From Octopus sinensis (lineage: Eukaryota), in the NCBI RefSeq assembly GCF_006345805.1, contig NC_042997.1, positions 155,062,001 through 155,126,000 of the forward strand: DNA of 64,000 bases, read 5' to 3'. Below are positions 1 to 11,575 of the stretch, in pieces. Positions within the stretch are counted from its first letter, which is position 1. Every line of letters begins with the position of its first letter. The notes below the pieces were generated by a model. That model had not been told where the DNA came from, searched no databases, and saw only the letters and a program-made list of their open reading frames with translations. The translations under genes and the position numbers were made by a program.

Positions 1-44
1 TTTTATCAGCAATCCTTTACCATGCTTCATAGATAACTCTTTAC

Positions 45-256
45 TCTTTTACTTGTTTCAGTCATTTGACTGCGGCCTTGCTAGAGCACCGCCTTTAGTC
101 GAGCAAATCAACCCCAGGACTTAATCTTTGTAAGTCTAGTACTTATTCTATCGGTTTCTTTTGCCGAACCGCTAAGTTACGGGGACGTAAACACACCAGC
201 ATCAGTTGTCAAGCGATGCTGGGGGACAAACACAGACACACAAACATACACACACA

Positions 257-311
<55 letters not shown>

Positions 312-445
312 CACATATACACAACAGGCTTCTTTCAGTTTCTGTCCACCAAATCCACTCACAAGGCTTTGGTCGGCCCGAGGCTATAGTAGAAGACACT
401 TGCCCAAAGTTCCACACAGTGGGGCTGAACCCAGAACCATGTGGT
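45..445 (-). mobile_element. tRNA-derived SINE, family A
   Basis: Same consensus as copies at 17797 and 57983: Pol III-like head, central (TA)/(TG) microsatellite, conserved tail. Confidence 0.85.
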
Positions 446-770
446 TATAATTATAAGTTACCAGAAAAATAATTGAACCAATTTACTACAATGGGAGACT
501 GAAGACAATGCTCCAGTGTTCTCTTAGCAAAACTAAACTGAAGTTCCTTATCATAGGGTAGGTAAAGCCACCAGCTGTATACTGTCACATACTCACACTG
601 CTTTTTTTGCAATGTTAAAAACATACACACATAAATCAATGAGGTGGTTTCTTAATTAAGTAACAAGGTTAAACTAATTATCTAAATTAGTTCTATACCA
701 AAGATTTTATGTTCATGTGATTCTGTACAACTTGAAAACTGTAAAATGAAAAAAATATATATATACTTAC

Positions 771-878
771 GTTGCTCACTAGATTGAGAGAGGCAGCTAT
801 TGGTCATAGCCCAACCAAAATGATGACTAGGGGAATTAGATTTACTGCATGGCAACTGATCATCTGAATAAGAATTTC
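771..878 (-). CDS. DEPDC5: Tentative DEPDC5 exon: GNSYSDDQLPCSKSNSPSHHFGWAMTNSCLSQSSEQ
   Basis: 108 nt, ttttAG/GTaagt, open only in phase 1 to 1. The W..T...EQ pattern is reminiscent of the segment before the VDWKSL motif. Confidence 0.6.
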
Positions 879-1479
879 CTAAAATATATCCAACTCTTGT
901 AGCCTCCAGACTTGATGGTGAATTTTATGAAAAAAAAAAAAAGAAAAAACTAGTTTAGTAGTTAACTTACAAAATTGCAATTTCCTGCTTGGAAAAAATT
1001 ATATGTAGGTAGAAAATCAATTATAATGGAAAGAAGTTTACTTTCTATCTCATTCCAACTTACAGCTATGGAAAATGAGTTTAATATTGCTTCCCCTTAA
1101 AGAATCTCAAAAGTTTGTGCTATGAATCTCTGAGAAAAGACATAATTTTGTTCTTGATGGATAACTAACATGATGAAATCTTAGAGTTCAAGGTAGAGAA
1201 AGCATCAACATTTTGTTGTGCTTAATCAATGAGCTAAATAAATAACATTAAATGAAATAAAAATAATACCAACATCATTTATGTTTTAATGCATATTTTC
1301 CCAGCCCAGTGAGGATTAAGATAAATGGATAGATAAAATGTTAAGTAGAGAAATAAGCTACATTGATGCATAAAATAGAAGAACAGCTGAATGAATGTGT
1401 AGATAACAGAATGACAAGAAAAGAAAAAAATATCTTATGTCTGAAGTGAAATACAGAAATAAAACTGGTCGAATCTCAC

Positions 1480-1529
1480 CTGATATTATCTGCTCTTTGA
1501 CGATGAATAATTTTCTTATCATTGCTGCT
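1480..1529 (-). CDS. DEPDC5: Tentative DEPDC5 exon (50 nt; SSNDKKIIHRQRADNI or AAMIRKLFIVKEQIIS)
   Basis: Very strong splice sites (tttcttttctcttcAG, CAG|GTgaga); reading frame unresolved. Confidence 0.55.
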
Positions 1530-1822
1530 CTGAAGAGAAAAGAAATAAATGACTATTTAGAAGAATTCCTTGTAAACAAGAAATATTAGGTTCAATTTGT
1601 AAAAGCTGAATTAAAGAAAAAAAACTGCTTGGTAACAAAATTATGTTAGGAATTTGTGAAAAAGAATTCATTGCATGATGTTTATTGATGTAATTATGTA
1701 ATTATTTTTATAGATTTTTAAGCTTATTTTTTGTACGAGTAGTAATAAGCTAGGCACTAAAGAAACTATTAGTTTTTCTGTATCTGTCTCTCAGACAGAC
1801 AGAAAGAGAGAGAGAGAGAGAG

Positions 1823-1870
<48 letters not shown>

Positions 1871-2084
1871 TGTGGTGTGTGTAAAAGCATGTATGTATGT
1901 ACTCTTCCTATCTGGAATTTTACAGTTTACTTTGATTGGCTGCCAGCCTGATGGCAAAGTTGTAAATAAAAGGGTCTTATTCTGTTAGTAATCCTTCACA
2001 GACCCATTCGTCCTCTAAATCATAAGGTCTTGTAGATTTTTATTGTTTCAGATATTGTTATCTTCTGTAGTATAATCATTAAAG

Positions 2085-2400
2085 AGTGAAGGCGCATGGC
2101 TTAGTGGTTAGGGCATTCAGCTCACAATCATAAGGTTCAATTCCCGGCGGCGTGTTGTGTCCTTGAGCAAGACACTTTATTTCACGTTGCTCCAGTTCAC
2201 TCAGCTGGCAAAGATGAGAAGTACCTGTATTTCAAAGGGCCAGCCTTGTCACACTGTGTCATGCTGAATCTCCTAGAGAACTATGTTAATGGTACACATA
2301 TCTGTGGAGCGCTCAGCCATTTGCATGTTAATTTCATGAGCAAGCTGTTCCATTGACCGTATCAGCTGGGACCCATGTCATAGTAACCGATGGAGCTCTC
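2085..2400 (+). mobile_element. tRNA-derived SINE, family C (V-domain-like core)
   Basis: A-box-like GGCTTAGTGGTTAG, B-box-like GGTTCAATTCC, then GTGTCCTTGAGCAAGACACTT. Confidence 0.65.
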
Positions 2401-2430
2401 CCCCACCCCCACCCCGCCCTTATTAATTAC

Positions 2431-2498
2431 AGAGTTGCATTCTTTTCCAAACAATCCAAGTTCAGCTTCTCTTTTACCGAGATGAGTAGATACATTTC
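2431..2498 (-). CDS. DEPDC5: Tentative DEPDC5 exon (68 nt)
   Basis: ttgacAG...CT|GTaatt, open in two phases; no conserved motif recognised. Confidence 0.3.
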
Positions 2499-2628
2499 CT
2501 GTCAATACAATAATAATTAGTAAAAGTTGAAAATGTATTTTCATTACTAGATTTGTAAACTACTCATCAACGGCTCATAGATATCTTTCTTCTGTATTTT
2601 TCTTACCACTTTAATATCAAATGAGCAA

Positions 2629-3095
2629 TCAAATCAAAATCGATGAACATCAATGGAATTTGTAGTTCTGTGGGACTTAAGAAAACCATCCGAACGTGGC
2701 CGTAGCCAGTACCGCATCGACTGGCCTTCGTGCTGGTGGCACGTAACAAACACCATCCGATCGTGGCCGTGCCAGCCTCACTTGGCCTCCGTGCCGATGG
2801 CACATAAAAAACACCATCCAAGCGTGGCCGTTTGCCAGCCTCGTCTGGCACCTGTGTCCGTGGCACATAAAAAAAAAAAAACACCATCCGAGCGTGGCCG
2901 TTCGCCAGCCTCGTCTGGCACCTGTGTCGGTGGCACATAAAAAGCACCCACTACACTCACGGAGTGGTTGGCGTTAGGAAGGACATCCAGCTGTAGAAAC
3001 ACTGCCAGATCTGACTGGCCTGGTACAGCCTTTGGGCTTCCCAGACCCCAGTTGAACCGTCCAACCCATGCTAGCATGGAAAGTGGACGTTAAAC

Positions 3096-3123
<28 letters not shown>
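2629..3123 (+). mobile_element. 5'-truncated RTE LINE 3' UTR with (GAT)n tail
   Basis: Matches the 3' UTR of the RT-bearing elements at 49-54 kb; 8-bp TSD ATGAGCAA at 2621 and 3124. Confidence 0.85.
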
Positions 3124-3127
<4 letters not shown>

Positions 3128-3360
3128 GCAACTAACTGCCACAATGGAGTATATTTTCATTCTATGGTATTGCACAACAATATAAGGACACGTGTATTTT
3201 AATTCTGTTGCTGTTTTTATTTTTAGATTCCACCAGTATTCTTTCACTCCATCAGACTAAATGTATTCAGTGTTCAGTTGCTTCGATGTTTCATAAGAAT
3301 GTGAGAGAGAAATGACGACAGTTCATTATACATGGAAAGATAGAATTAATGTATTCCTAC

Positions 3361-3476
3361 TTGTGATAACGATGAAGATGTCTCTCCTCGCAAAGCATCT
3401 GAAGATTCAGATTCCTCAGTAGAATTATGCAAATGCTGAGATGTATGATGTGTTTGCACAGCAGCTCCACTTGGAT
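3361..3476 (-). CDS. DEPDC5: DEPDC5 exon 20: DPSGAAVQTHHTSQHLHNSTEESESSDALRGETSSSLSQ
   Basis: 116 nt, tcttacAG with donor CAA|GTagga; P.G.A.Q.HH motif follows the RRW block. Confidence 0.88.
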
Positions 3477-3934
3477 CTGTAAGAGATGGATTTAAGTGGG
3501 TGTAGATTATAACAGTAGGTACCGAAAAGTAGTATCAAATTTTCAAGCAAATAGCCAGATGTCATACCACAAGAGGATCTGCACCAAAGTATTGGGGATT
3601 TAGCCCAGAGATTTAATAAACCTTGGTCTATGGTGCAAGATCATCTCAAGCAAATACCATTCAATCTGGTAGTATCAACAGAGTTAAAAACATAAATATA
3701 CTTATATATATATATATATATATATATAATTGCAGCATGGAAGGTATCTATAAGCCATTTAAGAAACACACAAAAACTGTTAGATTCACTTCAACATTTA
3801 AATTTAATTTGTCAAAATATTTTTGTCGCTTTCAGACCGCGACCTGTTCACTGACACAATTCCATATACATATATAATTAATAATGTCAGGGTAATAAAA
3901 AAATTTTAGAAATTTTTACTACCAGTTGTTTGGG

Positions 3935-4268
3935 TAGTATTGTTGTTTGGGACAGAGGGGCAAAGGTATATACCATCATAGAGATTAGCAGCCCTGAAGA
4001 TATAAATATCTCTTTGAAAATCAAAGAAAAAGAGGATATCTATGGACAACTGCTTTGAAACCTCCAACTTCTATATCCAGACTATAAATTCATATTCATA
4101 CCAATAAGAATTGGAACACTAGGTTTTGTTAGTAAATGCTAAAAGGAGAATCTAGATAAACTGCGATTTTCAGAAAGAGAAACTGACCAGCTGCTTCGTA
4201 CATTACCAGTCCAATCTGTGAGTGGAACAGTAAAAATATGCAAGACTTTTCTCAAGTTCCAAATGTGA
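3935..4268 (+). mobile_element. R4/Dong-type non-LTR remnant, restriction-like endonuclease C-terminus
   Basis: Broken frame reads IVVWDR..K..TIIEISSP.DINI..KIKEKEDIY...IGTLG...VSGTVKICKTFL. Confidence 0.7.
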
Positions 4269-4527
4269 ATTTGTCTGTATTAACTACATCCCAAAGATGA
4301 AGCCTTGTATCTTTGTTGGAAACCGGCTCCTCACTCGGTGGAAGATTTATAATAATTAAAAAATAGAAGAGACATAGTCACTGTAACTATATGAAATAGC
4401 CGTAATGAATTGATACTTGTACATCTTTGTTACTCATTCATATATATATATATATATGTTGTCATATGCATTGCACCTCAGAGCTATTGATATGCTGAAC
4501 CAAACAATCCAAGAAAGACCATTTTAC

Positions 4528-4740
4528 CTGTTGGAAAGGCATGAACCCATCGCCGACGATTTGAGGTCATTTTGAAGCGCATTCTTGATGGAGCAAACGG
4601 ATTGATTAGAGCTTTCCGTGGTCTGTGGTGGTAATTTCTAGAATGGCCAACTGGAGAACCAGCACTACCAACAATTGGACGAGTAATTGTGCAGTCATCA
4701 CTGTCAGCTAACCCAACAAAATCATGAGCGTTTGAACGAT
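4528..4740 (-). CDS. DEPDC5: DEPDC5 exon 19: DRSNAH...VGSAGSP...[30 protein letters not shown]
   Basis: 213 nt, cctctAG/GTaaaa; ALINPF and TSNRRRW motifs. Confidence 0.97.
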
Positions 4741-5044
4741 CTAGAGGAAAAGGGAAAAACAAAAGAAAAATATAAAGTATATTGCGTAATTTTACTGTAA
4801 GATAACTTTATAAAGCACTTTATGGGCTAGTCCTTAAGAAAGATATTACACTTCATTTGAAATTATGTATTTTTAGTTTGAACCCAGACTGGGACTATGT
4901 ACACATTCAGGAAAAAGGCATCAAATAAGAATCAAACATTAAACCAAACAAACACAGTGCAGGTGAAAACTTTTTTAATTATTTACCTCCTAAGGTAAAT
5001 CATTCAAACAATTATAATCTTTTTTTTTTTGTTACTATAAGCAC

Positions 5045-5250
5045 AACACCCAAAGTTTTGGAGAAGGCTAGTCAATTATATCAACCCCAGTATTCAACTG
5101 GTACCCATTTTATTGACCCCGCCCCCCAAAAAAAGATGAAAGGCAAAGTCAGCCTCAGTAGAATTTGAACTCAGAACATAAAGAGTTGGATGAAATGCCA
5201 CTAAACATTGCATCCAGCATGCTAACAATTCTGCCAGTTTGCTGACATGA
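5045..5250 (-). mobile_element. SINE family B
   Basis: Core GACTTTGCCTTTCATC...GGGGTCAATAAAAT..GTACCAG on the minus strand. Similar copies lie at about 11290-11490, 17140-17335, 28385-28585, 33195-33365 and 34660-34850. Confidence 0.8.
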
Positions 5251-5419
5251 CAGTAATAATCTTATTAATAGTAACTTACCACTAATTAAACTCAGACATT
5301 CAGTCGTTTATTTTAAGTTATGGAGTTGTTTGTAGTTGTCTGTCATCTTGCAGCTGACAAACAAAAATTTAACTAACTATACAGTGTATTGTAATAAATG
5401 ATATTCTAGTTACTCTTAC

Positions 5420-5643
5420 CATTAAGTGGGTAGCTGACAATGGGAGACCCTAATTCTGTGGAATTTTGAAGAGGGATGGATATAGCAGGAGATGTAGCAG
5501 TACTTTTGGGTGTATTCTCTGTGAAAAGACCAGAGAAGTCATCGGAAATATATCGAGTACGTGGCTTTCGGTTCTTTTTCACTTCAGCGACTGTGGTGGG
5601 ACGTTTCCGTAATGAGCTGAAATGGCCACTGCCTTTACTAGTT
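5420..5643 (-). CDS. DEPDC5: DEPDC5 exon 18: TSKGSGHFSSLRKR...PAISIP...SYPLN
   Basis: 224 nt, ttttAG/GTaaga, open in phase 2 to 1, Ser/Thr-rich linker. Confidence 0.88.
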
Positions 5644-5831
5644 CTAAAATATATAATGAAAATCAAAATTAAAAGGCACACATCTTTGTAATAAACTGTA
5701 CAATTACCATTTGGTCATATTATCCCACAATAGATAAAATTAATTAGCTTAAATTTTTTTAAATTAAATTTGCAATGAAAATATTTAAAAAAAAGAAAAA
5801 ATAATTCTATTGATTTTATGGACACATTTAA

Positions 5832-6047
5832 CCCTTTAGCATTTAAACTGACCATATCCAACCCAAATATTTTACCTGCTTTATATTCAAACCAGCCAGA
5901 TATTGTGTGTCACACCTACTCTACAATGTCATTCTAAAACTAAATCCCATCATTGAAATCTCAAAGCTATGAGATAATGCATGATTAAATCAAACCAATT
6001 TGAATAAATATTATGTTTGATAGAGTCATCGGAATGCTAAAGTCTTT
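5832..6047. mobile_element. piggyBac-type MITE
   Basis: TTAA-CCCTTTAGCATT left end and GAATGCTAAAG right end; sibling copy at 8157-8375. Confidence 0.65.
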
Positions 6048-6066
6048 TATTTTTTTTTCTTTTGCT

Positions 6067-6628
6067 TTGGGTTGTCCGGAAAGTTCATGCCGATTTATAG
6101 TAGCTTATCTTTCGATTTATTTTAGAACATGGTTGAGTCCATAAAATAGGATTTGACTACACCTCCATTTAGAGCACAGTTTAAGCTATCTTTTCATGGA
6201 AGAAGGTTTATGTTCCTATAACCTGTGTTAATTCTGTAACCCTTTAAAATGGAAGATAAGAAAGTTCATTTTCGGTGCTTGATCATTTGGAACCAGACAA
6301 AAATTATTGCAGCTCGGCTGGGATGTGTTACCCCGCCCTCCATATTCACCAGATATTGCTCCTTCAGATTTTCACTTATTCAGGTCTCTGCAGAATAATC
6401 TTAATGACAAAAATTTCAATTCCTTGGATGATGTAAAAAGATACCTTGAATTCTTTGCCATGAAACCACCTCAATTCTGGGAAGAGGGTATTTTCAAGTT
6501 AAAGGAAAGATGGAGACGCATTGTGCAACAAAATGGTTCATATTTGGTTGATTAAAAATGTAATGGCAAGTATTTATTGACCGTTTTGTTTCCTTTAAAA
6601 ATCGGCTCAAACTTTCTGGACAACCCAA
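6067..6628 (+). mobile_element. Internally deleted mariner element
   Basis: TIRs TTGGGTTGTCCGGAAAGTT. Retains MEDKKVHFR and WDVLPRPPYSPDIAPSDFHLFRSLQN...RW pieces. Confidence 0.92.
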
Positions 6629-6814
6629 TATAAGTATTATGTTTGATAAAATAATCTGAATGCTAAAGTGTTAAATATATACAATTTTTTTCAGAGAAAC
6701 ATTCAAAATTATTATAATGGAAAGATTTATAATCATTATAATGATTCTATTGTTTAACTTTTTGAATATTAAAACAAAAATAAAAACTACAAAAAAAAAG
6801 AATTATTTGTTGAC

Positions 6815-6917
6815 CTTGGAACTCCTCTGGAAGGAAATTTGAAGACTTGGGTATCATAACCATCATAATCAATAAAAGTGAAATCATTATCAGAATAATA
6901 GGACGAGGAATACACAT
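6815..6917 (-). CDS. DEPDC5: DEPDC5 exon 17: DVYSSSYYSDNDFTFIDYDGYDTQVFKFPSRGVPR
   Basis: 103 nt, ttttacAG with a weak donor AAG|GTcaac; DYD.YD.QVF motif; phase 1 to 2. Confidence 0.88.
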
Positions 6918-7906
6918 CTGTAAAAGACACAGAACAGATTTCATTTGATAAACTGTTTAAAGAAATAACCATTTGAAATTAAAAGAATTTTTGCTTTTAA
7001 AGCTTGCTTTGCAACATGGTTTCAGGTTTGGCTTCACTGAATAACACTTTGGGCAAGTGTCTTCTGCTATAGATCCAGACTGACCAATGCCTTGTGAGAA
7101 ATTTGGTAAATGAAAATTGTGTGGAAGCCTATCATGTATATGCATATATACATATATATGTGAGGGGTGGTATCCTCCACTCCATCCACTACAACCACAA
7201 CCACTTGAAAACCAGTGTTGCTTTGTTGATGTCTCTATAACTTAGCAGTTCAGCAAACAAGACTGATAGAATAAGTACCAGGTTTAAAAATAAATAGCAA
7301 ACTCAATTTGTTTGGCTAAACCATTGAGGGTGGTAGCCCAGAAGGGCTGCACTCTTATGACTGAAACAAGCGACAGATACATCAAAAGAATAGTCGTGAT
7401 TTCTTAAAAAAAAAACCAAAAAACAGAAAATCAAAAAAAATTTTAATTTGTTGAGCTGCTGTTCAGTCCCAAATCAGTCCTGATTCTAAGGCTTGAATAC
7501 CTTTCACTTATCATCAGAGACATTCCAATCATAACCGCCTCATCAAATATATTCTTCATTTTCATTTTTAAATCATAGGGTAAGATTTGAGGATAGTTTG
7601 GGTGCAATGACTTGCAGGTCAAGTGAACACAAAGAGGATCACATAACTAAAGAACAATCAACCATTCTTCTGAAGGTTCCTGTAGTCAGTGAAAATATAG
7701 TAATTAACAGATAAAAGAAGTTGACATTGATTAATAATAAAGCATTTTGCTCTGCATGTAAAAGATTTGTGAAATTTGAAATCAGAATATAAAATGTCAG
7801 AAGAAATACTGCAAAACACTATGCCTGAGGCTCTAACATTTCTGACAGCTTGCTACTATAAAAATAACAATATTATGAAAATTCAGTAATAGAACAAAAT
7901 ATTTAC

Positions 7907-7937
7907 CTTCTTTGGATTTCATCTTAATATCCTCAAG
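7907..7937 (-). CDS. DEPDC5: DEPDC5 exon 16: LEDIKMKSKE(D)
   Basis: 31 nt, strong polypyrimidine tract, ttttatAG/GTaaat. Phase 0 to 1 bridges exons 15 and 17; the peptide is poorly conserved. Confidence 0.75.
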
Positions 7938-8404
7938 CTATAAAATTCAAGAAAAAAAATTTCATAAGCTTACATAAAACAATTAAATATTCATGATATA
8001 TGAAACTGATTTTAAAACTAAGGCTACAGTATAACTTACAAATTAAAATTTTATTCTACTAACAAGTAAAATGGTGACTTTTACTGCTTTTGTTTTTGTT
8101 TTTAGGGGGTTTTTTTGTAAAAATCTCATTAATTACAAAGTAGTATATCTTGTTAACCCATTAACATTTAAATCAGCCAGATCCAGCCAAAATATTCAAC
8201 CATTTGTTTGCTGAAATCAGCAAGATCCAGCCTTTCATACTTAGGCTACAATGTCATTCTAAAAATAAACAACCCCACCATTGAAATCTTGAAGGTACAA
8301 GACAATGCATGATTAATTCAAAACAATGTGAATAAATAAACATTACATTTGACAGAGTAATCTGAATGCTAAAAGTTCATCACAAAGTCCAGTCCTTAAT
8401 GTGA

Positions 8405-8825
8405 TGTGGTGATAGAGTGGCTTGTGTGTCTCAGTGACCACCAAAAACAGTGCCAGCAGAGCACAAACTGCTGGTTGGGTCTCCCATGCTGGACAGGTCA
8501 AAAGATAGATGCCAGACTAATATGGACTACCTCTTCCTAGAGGTAAAAATGGATTTGCAAAGGACCAACAACCCTACTTAGATGTAAATAGTTATAAAGC
8601 ATTGATGATAATTCAAAACCAACAGGACCTGGAAGAGGAAGGCCTTCCCATAGGGAAACATATGCCTGAAGTACAAATGAGTATAGAACCCACAAGAGAG
8701 ACAGAAGAGAAGCTGAAGAAGCAGGTATCCAACTGGGGAGAAGCAGAAAACATCCAAAAGTTAAGAACAGTGGAGAGAAGTCAATGGTTTATGCTCTGTA
8801 GGGAGCAAAGGGTTCAAGTAAGTAA
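8405..8825 (+). mobile_element. Short internally deleted RTE-type element
   Basis: Rex3/Expander-like 5' leader joined to an ORF C-terminus (GRP-like...WGEAE...W..LC) and a CAAGTAAGTAA tail. Siblings at 12841-13190 and 25320-25560. Confidence 0.6.
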
Positions 8826-9414
8826 TATCTTGCTAAAACAGGAACAAAACCTAAAGTCAAATAATTCAAATATTTTTATGCTCCATATGTGAAAATTTTG
8901 CCAGTCAAAAATATACATGAAATAAAAAAAAAAACTAACCTTCCCACCATGACAAATTTATAAAAGTAGCTAAGATATTAGAAATCTGACATAGCAAATC
9001 TACATTGAGTGTTAGTATCAGTAAAGAAATACAATTAGATTGTTATAATACAAGTGAGGTCAATAAAAAGTTTATTCAAAACAGATACAGATAGCACAGT
9101 GGAGGGAGTACTTTATATCCAGGCTGTCGTGTTGCACCCTATATGATTAACCACTTCATGTTGGCATGTGCAATGTATTCCTTTGTTAAATGGAAGCACA
9201 AAAAATTTGGAACAATAAATATGTGGGTTGTATCTATTCATTCAACCAACATCCTGTGTGCCAAGAGTCTGCTCTATCAGAGTTCACTTGGAGCTACACC
9301 ACAACTTATACAAAACAACACTCAATAAGCCAACTTTTTTCTAAGTCATAAAGATGCTATGTATCTGAGTTAGAGTGAAGGTATTACACTATCACAATCC
9401 ATAATAATAACAGC

Positions 9415-9800
9415 AAATTTCTGTCTGTCCGTCTGGGACCCCTGTATCTCAGTCTACACTTGCTCTACATAGACATATACCTTTTTGGAATCAGGATGAT
9501 CCCAGGATTGAAAATCTGACCTTCATTCCATTCTTAAACATCCAGCATTGGGATCTAATTTAAAAGCATTTCAGTTGCTATTTCTAGCAGGTAAAGCTTG
9601 GCCGATTCACGCCATTTTGGTTGCCGTTTGTCAGATGAAGCCAGAGATCAAGAGGGAGATAAATGACATTCACTTTGTTAATTTTACATCAAGATAAGAA
9701 CTTTGGGGGATTCAAATTGGGACTGGAACAATAGAAAGATTGCATTACAGAATTAATTCTCATTTGCAGGAGCCTGCTTAAAAGTCTACACGGAGTGCGG
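9415..9800. mobile_element. Possible Helentron/DINE-like non-autonomous element
   Basis: CTGTCTGTCCGTCTG microsatellite block near one end; family assignment is weak. Confidence 0.3.
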
Positions 9801-11491
9801 CTTTCAAGCTATTTATATATAATTTGCACAGAATATGTTTGCCTTCTCTAGTTTCAGTATTTGTATCATTATTACTTTCAATCTCTTCAGATGCCTATTG
9901 GCTTCAATGTGTAACATCAATCATCTGTTTAACAACTGAAGGCAGTAAAATCGGCAGCCTCACTTCCTCAAGACAGGCAGCTTTGTTTTTTCTGTTGATA
10001 TTTCCATGACAAGAAATGTTTTATGTGGTAAGGCTACTAACCTTGTGCCAAATCCTTAGTCTAAAAAACTAACATCGTGTTTAGCAACCTCTTACTGTAT
10101 CCTACCTAGTAAATGCTATTCTTCAGAGTCCTCCACCTACATAGAGACAACCTCTAACATTTGTATATGATTAGGAAAAACAGTAGAAAAATACCATATT
10201 TGATGGCATATAAGACACGCGTTTTTGCCAAAATATTGTCACAGGGACTCACCCCAGGTCCTATGTGCAAATTTAGGTCTCCCATACTCATTACTATCAG
10301 TTGATTTTAATACAGACAGTTTCTTTTATCTAGCCTCACCCTATAATATGTTCAGCTGTACTGCTAACTTACTTTTTACATACAGTAATGTATGCTGCAA
10401 TAATGAAAGTACTTTGGTAATATTTTATAACAAAATGCTAGATCACTTTTCCAGAATATGCAATGTCACAATTGCGGTGTGCATCATATGCCTCTGTGTC
10501 TTTTATGCTATCAAATATAGTATCTGCTAAAAAAAAAAAATGCAATGTGAGTAAAAAATAAAAATTGCAAATATAATTCCAAAATACCCATATTTTCCAC
10601 ATCAGATCAAAGCAAACAATCAAGGAAACCTGTTAGTATACCAAGCAGCTATTGTGAGAGGAAGTGATTTGGTTAGAGTGAATAGATAAGCTTTATTAGT
10701 AAGTATAAGGAAAACCTGGTGAATAAGAGGAGTTAATATAACTTGTTAAAGAAAAAGATGTGAAGTGGTATTTTAATTGCCATATTAGCCACAAGACAAC
10801 TTACCACTGATGCACAATTACCCCCATGTGGTAAGTGGCCAGGCTGGAATGATGAAAAAATTCGGTAGAAATTAAGTGCCAATGGATAAATATAACAAAA
10901 AGAAAACCTCTGTAGAAAATCTTGCCATGTTTTACATCATTAAACAGCTGAGGAGAAGGATTTGTAAGAGAAAAATTACTGCCAATGATAATTTGAACTG
11001 ACATAGCTAGAGATGAATGTTTAGCTTTACCATACTTTTCCAGTATGACAATTAATAAATATGTTTGTTTTGCAAGACTCTTGGATGTGAAATCATGTGC
11101 TGAAACAGATATTGTTATATTTGGGGATGGTCATCTTTTGCCAGGTCTTGTCCTGTCTGCATACCACACAAAGACAAAATGGAATAGACAGGACAAGATC
11201 AAAGAGAAGAAACACAAGGGACAGAAAGTCACAGAATGTGTGATGAAAGAACATTGACAAATAAACTAATAATAATAATTTCATACTTTGCCACAAGGGC
11301 AGCAGCTTTCTGGAGGAGGGGATGAGTCAATTACGTTGACCCCAGTGTTCAACTGGTACTTATTGTATTGACCCTCAAAAGGATGAAAGGCAAAGTCAAC
11401 CTTGGCAGAATTTGAACTCAGGACATAGCAATGGGTGAAATACTGCTATGCATTTCATCCAGCGCGCTAACAATTCTGCCAGATCACCGCC

Positions 11492-11529
<38 letters not shown>

Positions 11530-11538
11530 ATAATAATA

Positions 11539-11575
<37 letters not shown>

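Noticed and set aside
177-472. ORFs rich in VCVC/THTH/YIYI (also 1769, 11431, 30877-31345, 39884, 48869, 54251-54807)
   Set aside because: Translations of microsatellites within SINEs or simple repeats.
971-987. 14/17-nt microexon candidate (ttttttccAAG|CAG...TTTT|GTAAGT)
   Set aside because: It has the right phase, but joining it to the 878 exon creates an in-frame TGA.
7490-7520. CTGATGA-TAAAGT-GAAA on the minus strand (a similar word lies at about 9870-9890)
   Set aside because: No stem I and no credible stem II or III; compatible with chance.
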